The position numbers were made by a program, and so were the translations under genes. Shown here in pieces: positions 1 to 13,700 of a stretch of 64,000 nt of DNA. The notes under the pieces are model-generated. The model saw only the letters and a program-made list of their open reading frames with translations, had not been told where the DNA came from and did no database searches. The first letter of the stretch is position 1; each line of letters starts with the position of its first letter. This stretch comes from Macrostomum lignano (taxonomy: Eukaryota), in contig NIVC01002038.1 of the NCBI GenBank assembly GCA_002269645.1, positions 62,001 to 126,000 on the forward strand. Direction: 5' to 3'.

Positions 1-534
1 TATAACTGATCTAAACGTCCCTAAAACCGAAATTAACATCTAAAAAAGACTTCAAATCTGGTATTTATTCATTAATGGTTAATGATTAATGGTTATATCA
101 TTCAGCAGTTTTAAGTATCAACGTTCCACAACCGAGCAAATTTGGCTAAAATAAAATCTCTCGACACACTGCCTGAAGACTTCGAGCGCTGCTGTGCTAT
201 CACCGGACTACGTGTCGGATTTCTTTGAGACATCCTCTGAGGTTCTTCAGGAAGATACGCTTGAATTGCGCTGTCCCTGTTTGTCCTGGAGCTTGACTGG
301 GCCGCCGCGCTATAATAAAAACATTCTTGTCGACCGCGATTTTATAAAACGAATACCAAACTTTTCCTTTTAACGGGGTGACTTATTTTTTTATACTTGA
401 CGTCACATTGGATGAGCTGGATATAATTAGCTCGGTCTGAAGAATATATCGACTCGGATTTCCTAATCTCGAAACCGAAAAACCCACCCGATCACGTGTT
501 TCCTTTTTTAAGTTTTGCCTTCTCTCTTAGACTT

Positions 535-2366
535 TTTCATGGGTTTCGGCCTTTTTGGCCCCCTTGAGAAGGCCTTCGGGCCTCAGGTCTCAGAAATGAA
601 TCAATTAGAGTCCTAGCCCCCACTCCTGTCAGATGGTCAGCTCCATGGTAGCTTGATCTGTGACGAGCAGTCTAGGTCCTATAGCTAAGAGAGGGACAGC
701 GAGAGACAAGCAGGAGAATTTTGAAGGTAGAGATCAGCTAATCCGCAGATTAACTAACCCGCTGCCACCAGCCCGTGCGTCCTGGCACACCAAACCGGGA
801 CTTTCGAAATCGGGTTTCCGACTAGAAGGGGCTTAGAACTTACCTGCCAACTAGTGTCTTTTTGCTGTCAATCTCGATGTCATAGCCGATGATAAGGGAC
901 ACTGCTGGGACTTGATCGCATTGGCCATGCAGGTACAGAGGGGACTTGTGCAGGGGATTATTGCAGTTGCGAGACTTTGGTGGTAGCTAAATGTAATACA
1001 GTATTACATTGCTAAATACGAGGAATTGTACTTTTGGCCTTCAACGCGCCAACTAGCCTCTCGTAGCGCTAATGATAGGCTAACTCGAACTTCAGAGACC
1101 GCATGATTCATTACCCGAGCCGCTTGGCGAATCTAGACTGCACAGAGTACGGGATCGTACTATAAAGCTGTCGTAGCGTAAGTTCGATCGTACGTCGGAA
1201 CTTTTACACTGCGGAGATATGAGCTAAGAACGATCTTATCTTACAATGGCTTTATATAACGGGCCCTACATCTCTAGCGCCGATTCTGCACTATTGGCAA
1301 TTTCGCTTACTAATTCGATAGATTGATCGACTGAGAACTGACTTGCCATTGGTCCACTGTGACCGGCGCCTACTAGCTTAGCTACTCATCTGAGCCATCG
1401 GCAAACGAAGAAATAAAACCGATAAAAATAACTGTCAGATTTAACGTTCTCCTTAAATCACTTCACAGTTCAGATTGAATTGGAGTACTCAGACTACTAT
1501 CAGTACGAAAGAGCACGACAATTTCATGGGTTTCGGCCTTTTTGGCCCCCTTGAGAAGGCCTTCGGGCCTCAGGTCTCAGAAATGAATCAATTAGAGTCC
1601 TAGCCCCCACTCCTGTCAGATGGTCAGCTCCATGGTAGCTTGATCTGTGACGAGCAGTCTAGGTCCTATAGCTAAGAGAGGGACAGCGAGAGACAAGCAG
1701 GAGAATTTTGAAGGTAGAGATCAGCTAATCCGCAGATTAACTAACCCGCTGCCACCAGCCCGTGCGTCCTGGCACACCAAACCGGGACTTTCGAAATCGG
1801 GTTTCCGACTAGAAGGGGCTTAGAACTTACCTGCCAACTAGTGTCTTTTTGCTGTCAATCTCGATGTCATAGCCGATGATAAGGGACACTGCTGGGACTT
1901 GATCGCATTGGCCATGCAGGTACAGAGGGGACTTGTGCAGGGGATTCTTACAGTGGCGAGACTATGGGGTAGCTACATGTACTATTACATTGCTAAATAC
2001 GAGGAATTGTACTTTTGGCCTTTAACGCGCTAACTAGCCTCTCCTAGCGCTGATGATAGGCTAACTCGAACCTCAGAGACCGCATGATTCATTACCCGAG
2101 CCGCTTGGCGAATCTAGACTGCACAGAGTACATCTCTAGCGCCGATTTTGCACTATTGGCAATTTTGCTCACTGATTTGATAGATTGATCGACTGAGAAC
2201 TGCCTTGCCATTGGTCCACTGTGACCGGCGCCTACTAGCTTAGCTACTCATCTGAGCCATCGGCGAACAAAGAAATATTGATAAAACCGATAAAAATAAC
2301 TGTCAGATTTAACCTTCTCCTCAGATCACTTCACACTTCAGATTGAATTGGAGTTTTAGACTACTA
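535..2366. repeat. Tandem duplication of a ~965-bp unit (copy 1 535-1499, copy 2 1522-2366), probably a degenerate retroelement segment
   Basis: Both copies start TTTCATGGGTTTCGGCCTTTTTGGCCCCC, offset 987 bp. The first ~425 bp look identical and the remainder is diverged. Copy 2 lacks 1151-1269, with TAC microhomology at the breakpoint. Confidence 0.95.
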
Positions 2367-2479
2367 GTGATATTATTGAATGACTTCTACCTCAGCAACA
2401 GCACTACTGAACAAAAAGAGCAAAAGTGTGCGCCTAATCCAGCTACTGAAACAGGGGACAGATAAGGAATCACCCAATC

Positions 2480-2915
2480 AAGCAAGTCTAGGCAGCCTCT
2501 CACCCAACCAATCAGAAACTCAACAGCCGGAGACCAGGTAATCCACAGTGACCGAATCGGCTTAGTGCTTCGCAGCTGTAGACCCGGGGTGATGTTGATG
2601 TCTTCGCAGATAGCTAGCAGGTGATGATCGATCTTAACCTAGATTTTCGCTGCTGAAGACCGGGGGAATTTGCCCTTGATGATGACGGGGGGAGTCGCGA
2701 TCAAGAGACGACGGTCGAGCTCCGGGAGCTCTAAATTAGGCCAAAGTCCCAGGAGGTTACCGGAGGTTGAGGTCCGAGCGGGCCAAAAACACCGGTTTAA
2801 ATAGCCGCCAACTGGACCGCAATTTGTTATAATGGAACACCTCGACGCTGTTTGGCTAAGCCGATTTGTTATAACTGATTTCGAATTTTCTGATTGGCTG
2901 AGCTTGTTGCCACTC
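2480..2915 (-). repeat. Dispersed unclassified repeat family with CCAAT + TATA-like 5' region and a short conserved peptide (other copies 13316-13700 +, 14220-14660 -)
   Basis: Shared blocks GTGGCAACAAGC..CCAATCAGAA, CCAGTTGGC.GCTATTTAAACC and GAGTTTC.GATTGGTTGG.TGAG. Translation EFLIGWVRGCLDLLDW here versus EFPIGWLSCYLNLLSW at 13.65 kb. Confidence 0.65.
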
Positions 2916-4674
2916 AAACTCCCGTGACCAGAGGATCCTATCAGTTCCCTCGTGGCCATAAAAATACGCCAGGTGTTGTCATAAATCATTCAAAATCGCT
3001 ACTTAATGATATATGGCCTTTCGCGTAGGAATGACAAAAATTAATGAAAAAATATGTATTAGAAAGATTTTATTAAGTAGAAAGTGAAGATGGTGAAGAG
3101 AAGTCGCTAATCGCTAATCCCAAAGTACTTATACGGGAAAAAACGCATAACTGTCAAAGCTGTCAAACGCTTGAGTCAACACGAACAATTTAGGCCAGCT
3201 GCACCTCATAAATCTGATGGCCTGTCAAAAATGATGAGAAAAAATTGCTACCGCCCGCATCCTTCAGACCATCTGGTGCCATGTGCCTCAGCATTGAGTG
3301 AGAATTTAGATTTATTGTGAATTAAATACAGAATTTTACATGTAAATATATACTTCGTGCTCCTTATATAAAATTGCAACTGGCTTTAAAACGGATCGAA
3401 AAATCCTGGCGCAAGTGAATCTCATCGATATAGCTACGATTCCATGTGTTTTCTGGCCCAATTGATTAGAAAACTGTTAGGGCTGACATTGAGCAGGTGA
3501 GCTGCTGCTAGCAAACCTTTGATGAAAAACATCAGGATGCCGACTCTGAGGCCAACATATTATTTACATAAATCAACATAATAAAAAAATACAAAACATG
3601 AAAATGTTACCGCTTTTAAAAAAACTACTTTACGATTCGCATTTAATGTAATAAAAATACATTTAAGTTTGTTAAGCTGTGTTAAGACTTGCAAATTTAA
3701 ATGACTTTTGGATTTTCGTTTTCGGTTTGATTTTGAGTGCACACGCTTGCATGAGTGAGCGAATTAAACAGTTTCTACTGACAACTCTGCTAGCACATGC
3801 ATATTTTTAACCCTTTTTTCCATTCGTTTTTTATGTATCGTATTTATTTTAGAAATATCTATTAAATAAATAATTTTCACAATATATTTGCACTTGACTG
3901 TTTATTACATTTTTGTGCATCAGTTGTATGGTTTGATGTAATGATGGCTCAATTGTTTGTATTGCAGTTTTAGTTAATAATAAAAATACAAATAGGAAAG
4001 TTGTTTCAGTAGCATTAGCAGACGAAGTAGTAAGTTACAAAAGATTGGGAAAGAAATGAATAAAAGCAATCAATGCTTATTTGCAAGCAATAAAATTCAT
4101 AATTTTAATTCATTATTAAAGGTCATTAGTAAGAAGTTGTTACATTTGCATGATTATTGTCATAGACAAAAAGATTAATTAGGCATTTAGGTAAATTAGA
4201 ATATTCATAATGTTTTAAGTTCTTTTCAGACTTATATTTTTGTTTTTTCTTTGTGTCTTTGGTCACTGACATTGCCATTAATGTTAACAATGAATTTTTT
4301 GTTAACTCACAAAATTATTAATGTAAATTTGTTAATCTGTTAGTTAAAAAATCTTAATGGTAGTCTATTAACATTAGTGAAAAATGTTAGTATTTTTTAA
4401 TGCTTATTAACCAACACTATGTAGAATTGTCTATTTTTGAGAAGCCATAAAAATTGTGCTTTTTGAAACTTATCATATTTAATAGTAATGGTTAGATGAC
4501 TAAAATTGCTTCTATTTTTCTAAATAGTTAAATTCAAATTAAAACATGTAGACAGATATCTAAAAAATTTAGTGAATAAATATAAGGAAAACAAATTCCC
4601 TGTATATTGTTTTCAAACAATAATCTTGATTGCAATTTTAATTTCAAGTGCAATTCATATTTCAGGAATAAAAA

Positions 4675-7600
4675 ATGACATTCCATCAATCTGCTTGGCT
4701 ACATTCATTTGACAGACAAGTTAACCTGGGTCAGCAATACTCAGTAGAGTCGGACAGCTTTATTGAGAGTTTGCATGGCGATTCCTCCCCTGGAGGAGAC
4801 TTCAGCTTCAAGGATGCAGTCAGCAACAAAAAAATAGAAATATTCGTTGACAGTTCGGATACATTTTTGAGCGATGTCGCTGCTCTCGGCCTGACTGCTC
4901 TGCAAGCTCTGAAGCTGATTTGTCATGGATCGTCAAGTAATGTCAATTGTTCGCTTCAAGACCTGCTGCATTACCTGTGGGACAACTGCGACTTCTCCAA
5001 GCAGCTAGTGATAGGCGTTCTCCAAGAAAAATGCGTCTCTGCCAGTGCAGTTGATCAGGGAGGTGTAAAGCCGGTGAAGTATCCTGCGTGTCGCAAGGGT
5101 GGCTGCTGTGTGGAATCGTCAAAGGTAGGACCCTTCGATGTCGCATTAAGATATTAAGGCATAAAATATGTGTTGTTTAAACTTTTTACTTAGTTATTTT
5201 ATGTTTCCTTTTTAGGCGATGGCGACATTAAAACGGCCAAGATCAAAACATTTTTAAATGGCACCGTGGTACTAATGGATCTGTCTGAGTTTAAAGACTC
5301 CCTCGAAAAAATGGATGCTGTTCCTGAGGGAGCACTTCATGCTGCCAATCTGTTTAAAGTTTTCGATGCCAGCAATCAGCTGCGTTCCGCTCAGGAGTGT
5401 AGTACCAGTACAGATGTGCTGCAGCGGCTATACGAAGGTCAGAAGGTGGCTCGAAGTATTGAGGAGCTTCTGGGCTACAAAGTGCTACACGATGTTCCGT
5501 ATCTGCGAGAAACACTGACTACAGCTTTGCAGTTTGTGCAGAATAAGGTTACGATGAACAAAGTTCGAGTTAGAAACAGCACCCAGACACCCGCATCTCT
5601 GAAGGACTGCATTCCTTTCGTTCCCAGCTTTAGCTGGTTGCCAATGCTGGGTGAGTTTCTCGATGTCCTAACAGCTATATCACAGCTGTCAAACTCGAAA
5701 GCTTTTGAACCGGCTGATGGTAAGACCTGCTGTACCGTGTCGTTGGTATTTCCAACCGATGCGCCAAAGTTGCTGCAATGGGAGAAGCACTGGGAGAATT
5801 TCGATCTTGCGACTGCTCTCAAAGATTGTACTCGAAGTTTTCAAGCTATGCTGAGGGTAATTCAGGCTAATGATCATGGCGATTGGCAGCTTTGCATAAA
5901 GATGCAACAGCAAGCCGAAAAGATAATTCATGCTCACATTACACTTGAACGTCTTGACTCAAAATTATGCTCTATTGAGAGTTTTTTGGTATTTCATGCT
6001 GTTGAGTCCGTGCGTTCTGCGTCAAATGCAATTGAGTTGCTATTTTCACCTCTGAGTGCTGCTGATTTTAAAGAGAATGAAATTCAAGGTGTGTCGATTC
6101 GCTACAAGGAAGAACAGAGCAATGAGTGGACGGAAGTAATCAAAATCTTTGGCCCAAACGTTGGAACTGCTCTTCTTGAGCAGTTGAAAATGGGTACCGC
6201 CTATCAGATGTCCTATCAGACCATTCGGATGTTCGGTCGCTGCGAAGTGAAAAATATGCCAATGGTGACAACATTGGCATGCGCCGCTCCGGACATTGCT
6301 TCAATTACGCAGGTGTCCCCATTTCGTGTGGAACTAGAACTGACTCCGCCTGTATTGCAGCAGCAAAAAGCCCGTCTGGTTGGTTATCAAATCACTGTGC
6401 TCAAACAGGGACACAGCTCAGGCCATGAGACTTATGTTAAGACTGATTCTTCGCAAAAGACTGTTCCCATCGAAGTCAATGGAGATGGCTGCTATACATT
6501 TTCTGTTTCAGCAGTGCTCTCAGATGACTCTGTTGGAGAGCAGAGCAAGAATGTCACCCTAGAAGTGAAATCGACAGCAGCGGACCGAATGAAGTATAAT
6601 TTGCTCAACTCTTCTCTACTACTGGATTCTGAGGCTAAGCTGCCTCTTGAGTACGAGTTGCAAATGGACCAGACGTTCTGGGATCCAGTGCACCAAGTTC
6701 GAAAAATGGAGCTTGGACGCGATAGCTTGTCCGGAATTGACGAAAAAGTGATTATGATCGTCGGTGAAACTGGCTCTGGAAAAACTACCCTGATCAACTC
6801 GATGGTCAACTACATCTTCGGAGTAAAGTACGAAGACCCGTTTCGCTTCAGAATCATTACAGATCCGAAGGAGAAGAAACTTAGGACATCTCAGTCAATG
6901 AGTCAGACTCAATGGGTCACATCCTACACATTCCACCATCGCGATGGCTGTCAGCAACCTTGCTCGTTGACTCTGGTGGACACGCCAGGATTTGGTGACA
7001 CTGGCGGCATCATGAACGACAAGAAGATTGTCGACCGAATCAGAGAGTTCTTCTCTTCCCCAGGCGGCATTGACCACTTGGATGCTGTGGGCTTTGTGGT
7101 GCCATCGAGTGTCGCCAGACTGACGCCAACGCAGCGATACGTTTTCGACTCGATCCTCTCTCTGTTCGGTAAGGATATTGGCGACAATATCTACATGCTA
7201 ATCACATTTGCTGATGCAAATGTACCTCCTGTGCTCGAGTCCCTCAAGGAAGCGAGGATCTCCTACAATTTACACATCAAATTCAACAACTCTGCTGTAT
7301 TTGCGAAGAGTCAGGAAATGGACCAGATGAGCCAAATGTTCAACAAGATGTTCTGGGATATGGGAATGAACAGCTTCCAAGGATTTTTCTCCCATTTGAT
7401 GAAGATTACGGCAAAGAGCCTGACCCTGACCAAAGATGTTCTAAGTGAGCGGCAGAGACTGCAGACTCACTTAATTGCTATCAAGGCGGAGATCGACCAA
7501 GGTCTGAGCAAGTTGAATCAGCTGGAGCGCGAAATATCCGTTATCAAGGCTCACCAGTCAGATTTGGACCGCAACCGCAACTTCACATACACAGTTGTGG

Positions 7601-8304
7601 AAGACACAGCAGTTTGCCAGCCGATTCCTTCCGGAACTTACATCACGAACTGTCTAACGTGCAACAGGACGTGTCACTATCCATGTGGAATTCCAGATGA
7701 TAAAGACAAAGCCGGCTGCGCGGCGATGACAAATGGCAATTGCCACGTGTGCAAAAGTGGTTGTGTGTGGTCGGTCCACAAGAACATGTCATACCAAATC
7801 GTTATCACTCAGCAAACTGTCACGAAAACGTCGGATGACCTAAAAGGTCGCTACACCGATGCGGAGGGGAAACTGCTGTCTGCCAAGCAGCTGGCGCAGC
7901 GGGTGTACGAAGAGTATCTCGGGACGAAGGCCAACGTGATGCAGCTGGTCAAGGAGAGCAAAAAGTGCATCGAGCGCCTGCAGCAGATCGCTCTGAAGCC
8001 TGACCCTCTGAACGAGGTTGACTACATTGACAAGTTGATTGATGCCGAGCAGATGAGCAAGAATGATGGGTATTCCGACCGAATCCAACAGCTGCAGGAT
8101 ATTCGAGAGCTCGCTGTTCGAGCTGAGAACCTGAAGAAGGACGAGCTGCTGAATGTACTGCTGCAGAGCGAGACGCGAGTTTACCGCAGGTACGAAGAGT
8201 TTTTTGTAAAGCCAAGCGCCTCTGGCATCACTGCGCACCTCCGAGGCGGCTTCAAGAGGCTGAAGCGACTGTTCTATGAAGGTGGCGGCCACTCACAGGC
8301 TTAG
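4675..8304 (+). CDS. Large immune-type GTPase: stonustoxin/MACPF-like N-terminus + 2x FN3 + septin/AIG1-like G domain + Cys-rich module + coiled coil (predicted exons 4675-5124 and 5194-8304)
   Basis: The 1012-aa ORF has G1 GETGSGKT (6763-6786), G3 DTPG (6979-6990), a G4-like ITFAD, two FN3-like segments and TNCLTCNRTCHYPC..C..M..GNC.VC..GC.W..H. The upstream ORF starts DRQVNLGQQYSVESDSFI, similar to the SNTX LGRPFxLGMLYD motif. Donor AAG|GTAGGA (5125) joins acceptor TACTTAG| (5193) in frame. A further acceptor TTTCAG lies at 4665, before the ATG. Confidence 0.8.
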
Positions 8305-8789
8305 ATGGGTTTGGCGCGCTAACATTTTTTGTTAAATGCGCTGTCATGTTTTTATGTTTCTTTATATTTCTTGTGTGGAATTATTCGTATTTAAAAATAA
8401 CAAGCTATATTGATGTATGCCGTGTATGTGGATGGCGCAAGCAAGAAAAGAACTTAAAATTCTAATTCTTAGTTTCGATGTTGAAATACGAGTATTGAAC
8501 TTCCTGAATCTTATGCATTGAAAGGTACCTCTGCAAATATACCCTTTTCAATCTTGGCAAAAGTGGACTTCAATTTTGGCAGGCCATGGAGACAGTTGAC
8601 GCTAATAACTACTTAACAACTCAGGACGTTACACTTACGAATGGTGGAAATTCTACAAAGGCCGCTTGTTGTAGCTGTGTTTTTTCAGTGTCTTTTTTCA
8701 TACTCTCAATGCTAGATTAAGTTAACTGAAATAAGAAAACTTTTTTTATTTGTTTAAATATTAACGTACTTTTTGTGCGCGAAGTTCCT

Positions 8790-8895
8790 ATAAAGTTCCA
8801 ATGCTGCGTCCCGGGTTGCAGAAACAACTATAAAAGCGACAGCATTTGCTTCTTTATTAAAAATGCTTCATTGCCAGAGTGGCTGAAGCGAACGG
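8790..8895 (+). pseudogene. THAP zinc-finger remnant (DNA transposon-derived)
   Basis: Translates CCVPGCRNNYKSDSICFF...W, the typical THAP start (C-x2-4-C...FF...W). No start codon and no continuation. Confidence 0.5.
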
Positions 8896-9668
8896 GCGGC
8901 CTTTCCATAATTTCCACTATTCTTGAATTTAACGTCCTTCCACCATTCCTGTAAAGTAGTCCTTGGCTGGTGCATACAGGCAGCGTGTCTACTGTATGGT
9001 CAGCCGTGGTAGAATCGGTTAAAGCGTGTATTCAACTATGGCAGAAGTGGCTTTAATTTTGGCAGCACTATCTGTGGATCTTTCAGTGGATTCTCACTGG
9101 TGCAGGCAGAGCTACACTTTTTAAACATAGGCGTCTTTACTCTCTTCTTCTCTCTGATAACAAACGAACGAGAAGGCAAGCACAAAACATGGTCACTGTC
9201 ACTGTCACTATTGAAGTCACTGAAAACTATCAGTGATCAATGTGATTGGCGAAGCAGCGCCGTAATACGTAGCTCAGCACGTGTGATTTTATGGCGGTGA
9301 TGAAGCTGGATGTAGCCGTGACTGTGACGAGCTCCGTGCCTAAATCTTGCTTTGTCGTTCGTTTGTTACAGTTTGCCATTCAGTTTACTATAAAAATTAC
9401 TTGCTCGCTGAAGAATAAACCAGCTTTTTTCTCTGAATTTTCTAGCTCTTGGTTATGATTTCTGCGCCTACAGTCTGGAACATACTGAACCTTAAATTGT
9501 TTTTTTCGCTTAAAAGTGATCAATATTATTCTTCAAATTTACAGGTATGCCAGCATCTGTTGCGTGTACTCTTTGGCTCGTTGGAGCAACGCAACATCCG
9601 AATTACGATATTTATGTGTCTTTCGCCAAGGACCATAACCATTGTTATATACAGTGGTCCTTGTCTTA

Positions 9669-10030
<362 letters not shown>

Positions 10031-11346
10031 AGTCTCCCTAGACGATGTTGCACCCAAATGAACTATTTGTGCTTTTCTGTTAAAATAGGACAAAATATAG
10101 TGCAAATTGTCGCCGTTTTTTTCCTAAAAAACATCTACCACCAAGTTTTCACCATCATTTAAATGGAACTGTTGTATATGAGTATAGTACTGAGGAACAA
10201 TGGCCACCACTAACTAATCGCTATTGTGTCTGGTTAAATCATTTCGATATCTGCAGTGTCGAGCTTAAATGTTTCTGCACCGAATTCAATAGCCATGAAG
10301 AATTCTCGAATTAATTGCTTAATTCTAATCAAATTTGTTCAATTCTTGCCTGCCTTAAGTTGAGATTAAAGTAAAGAAACCCTTTTAAATAGAATTTTCG
10401 TATATGTACGTTAATCGTTGATTTATTTCCAGATGTTCCCTTCTAGCAAATTGTTGCTTCTTTTCATTAAGAGTACAGCAAAACAAATTAAAATTTTGTA
10501 TCTTTACGCCAACAATAATGCGTCACATTTGAGTGTTTTCTTATGTTAAAGTTATTTTCAAGCATATTTTTATTTTTCCATTCTAATAGCCAAATTTATC
10601 TCATGTGTTTATCCAGACTATTTTCATGACCTCTCCGCACTTTCCAGGCTTGTTTGCAGTTTATTGCCCCATAATTTCACTTCTGTTTGTCATGTGTATT
10701 TTTTCTACGTTTAAAAATCTGATTATTGGGGGTTTAATTGGAAGGGGAAAAGTTTGGCTTTATTATTTTTTAATACCCTATTGCACGTTTGTGCTGCGGG
10801 GGCTATAAATATCGACACAGACAATTTAGCAACTTTATTTAGTCATAATTATGCTTATCCAGATTGGTTGAGCTTCAAGGGCTTATTTTTCTCAATCGAC
10901 CGCAAGCAAAAATAATAAACGCGTTCAGTTTGCACTCCTTTTCGAAGCCAGCTTAGTAAAGGTTGGCAATCTAATTCGCCCCTATATGCTTTTTTCAATT
11001 GGATTTTGGTGCTTCTTACTCCAAGTTTTTGTTTATTTTAACTTTAAGCTGCCGGATGGTCAGCAGAGCAGAGCTGACCATGGACCAACAGCCTTTACTG
11101 CTGGTAATTTTTGGAGTCTATGGTAAAAGAAAAGTTGAGTGTCACGTTATTGGCGTAGAGGTTATGACCCTTAAAAGGGCCGTTTGACGAGAATTGTCGG
11201 AAGTTGTTGTAGTCCCAAAATGAATCAAAGTCAATTCTTGCAAAGCGGATTGTGTAGCGGAGCACTTGGCGTATAAGGGCAGGAAACTGCCGTAGTTAAT
11301 TTATTGTCGAGATCAATATTAGACTGGTCAATGTCAATACAAAACT

Positions 11347-11896
11347 TATAGTGTTCTGGGCACTGGCGGCTGCAACAATGGTTTTGAAGTGATTATAATA
11401 TGAAGTCGAGTGGCAGGCGAAGGATACAATGGCGACGCAACGTAGTGAGTGATGGCGATGAGCACAGTGGAGGCAGTGAGTAGTAAGTAGACAGGCAGAT
11501 AAGTAACGGTGAGATTGGCGTTAGCCGTGGCAGTACACAGTGGAGTACAGAGTGTAAACAGGCTGGCCCAGACAGAGGAGCCGTGGCGGGAGATAAGGAG
11601 GCTCGAGGCAGCCAGGCGAGAGAGAAGGAAAACGAGACGAAAACACAAGGGCCGCAAGAAAGCAAAGAGAAAGCAAAGAGAGAGCCAAGGGAGAGAAAGG
11701 TGAAGGCCCCCCAGCCCGCCGCCAGGCGGGGGTTAATAAAGAGCGCAGAGGGCTAGCAATATACACGCGGAGAGTTTTCATTGGCTGGCGAGAGAACTTG
11801 AAATTATCGATCGTGCTAAAATTTACAAACGAACGCAAGGCCTACCAAATACACAGTGAATTAGCCATTGATACAGATTATTTGCACGCTACTACA
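11347..11896. mobile_element. Possible solo LTR
   Basis: Near-inverted ends TATAGTG...TACTACA, an internal purine-rich tract and AATAAA (~11735). No target-site duplication found. Confidence 0.3.
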
Positions 11897-13315
11897 AGTA
11901 AACGTTAAAATAAACTATTGGAGAAATTAAAATGAGAAATTGCAAGGGAAACTACAGTCCAACGGCCCTTTTGCGGGACCACTTATACTAGCAACGTCAC
12001 AATGAGCTTCACAGTAGCCGTTCCTGCCGAGCAATGTTCAGCAGCGCTGATCATACGATAAACGGTGAAAAATGTCCTACTTATCTGCAATGGAATGCAG
12101 CGACTCGGTTTCAGCATTCTCTGTGATGACATCGTCAGTATCATAATCCGATGTATGCAAAATGTCCATGGTTGTAGCTGATTTACTTTTAAATAAAATG
12201 ATGCACTACTCGTATTAAGGAGGATTTTGCTTTCTCTTTTAAAAAGGCCTGTTTGCAGATTTTAAAGTGAACTGCAGTGTCTATCGCTAGACATCGAGTG
12301 TACAGCTACTGCATAATCTATACAGAGAGCATTAAGTAAAATGCACTTTGAAACTGCTTTTTTCGACCCAAGATTTGTCCAAGCCAAGTATAAAATGCTC
12401 CCTTCTCGGCTAGAAAGGCTTTGCGCAGCGGCGCATTAAGATTCTAGCTATAGTCTATGGCCAGCCCTGCTGATCATGTCGGCAGGAAAGGAGCTTTTGT
12501 ATTTCTAGCTCCGGCGCGAAAAGGTTAATTAATGGTAAATAGATAGACAACAGATGTAAAACAAATTTAAATTTACATTTTTGCGTTCAGCTAGCTGGGA
12601 CCTCGAAGTCAAAGTAAAGGCTGGAACCACCCAAATTCAGCGCATCGAATCGGGTGCCTGTTTCATTTTCAACATAAATTTGATAAAGGACTAATAATTT
12701 AGAAACAGATTTTAGAATTTGATTACGACGGATTTACGCTCGTATAGCTCAGGTACAATGTCTGCGCATACCCTTCACTCAGTGCCATGTATTCTACTGC
12801 TAGATGGCTATATGGTTTCTCCTTAACTTTTTCTACTCCCATGCTTATCCCATGTCTATCCAATCTTTTCTATTTAATGTTCTATCTTGAAGGTTTTAAG
12901 ATTTTATGCTGTTGCATCTTTTTGAGGCTTTAAATTATCAAGATGTTGATGTATACGAAGTATTAAGCGGCTACCTGGGATGCGGGCCCGCGAGTCTGTA
13001 GGCGAACCAAGTGAATCGCGCGCTTTTCTCATTTTTAACAATCCATCATGAGATTTGACATTCTCACAACTGTGCCCTTACATTTAAAAGGATATTCATT
13101 TTAATTCTGATCTTCTCGAGGATATTCCCACTGCAATCTGTTCATTGCTTTCGATTCTATGCATATATTTTTAACGTCAATTGTATACTTGAAATTGCTA
13201 AAACTTACATGTATAAATCAGTTTTTATAGAAACTGCGTGACTTGTGGCCAACGTGTTTTCACATTCTTAGGGTTTCTAGGAAGGACCTGATAAGATCTT
13301 TGGGCATTTAAGGTT

Positions 13316-13700
13316 CGGGTGGCAACAAGCCCGACCAATCAGAATCGGCGTGTTCCGGTAAAACAAATCGCTATCCCAGTTGGCAGCTATTTAAACCTTT
13401 TCCTGCTCGGAACTCAATTTTTCGGAACCCTCCGGAAACGTGTGTGTTTTCCTTCAGCGACCTTTTTCCCCACATCTTCTGACTCCATCCTGATCCCCTG
13501 AATTGCGACATCTTCCCCATCGAGCAACATCAAGTTGAGGAAATCATCTCTGGCATCAACTGCTGGATCATCATCGGGAGTTGGACGACCTATGAGCAAC
13601 GAGTCTGCATGGTGCTTGCTGTCTTAGGATTCTTTGGCCACCGGCAGTCCGAGTTTCCGATTGGTTGGTTGAGTTGCTACTTGAACCTGCTTAGCTGGGA
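13316..13700 (+). repeat. Copy of the CCAAT/TATA-bearing unclassified repeat family
   Basis: Matches the reverse complement of 2480-2915 in three separate blocks. Confidence 0.65.

Noticed and set aside
700-1100. Assignment of the duplicated unit to an Ingi/Vingi-type LINE (PVWCARTH)
   Set aside because: Only one short motif in a broken frame; insufficient to classify.
12075-12186. Possible minus-strand exon (MDILHTSDYDTDDVITENAETES...)
   Set aside because: Splice sites are only modest, with no partner exon or homology; not supportable.
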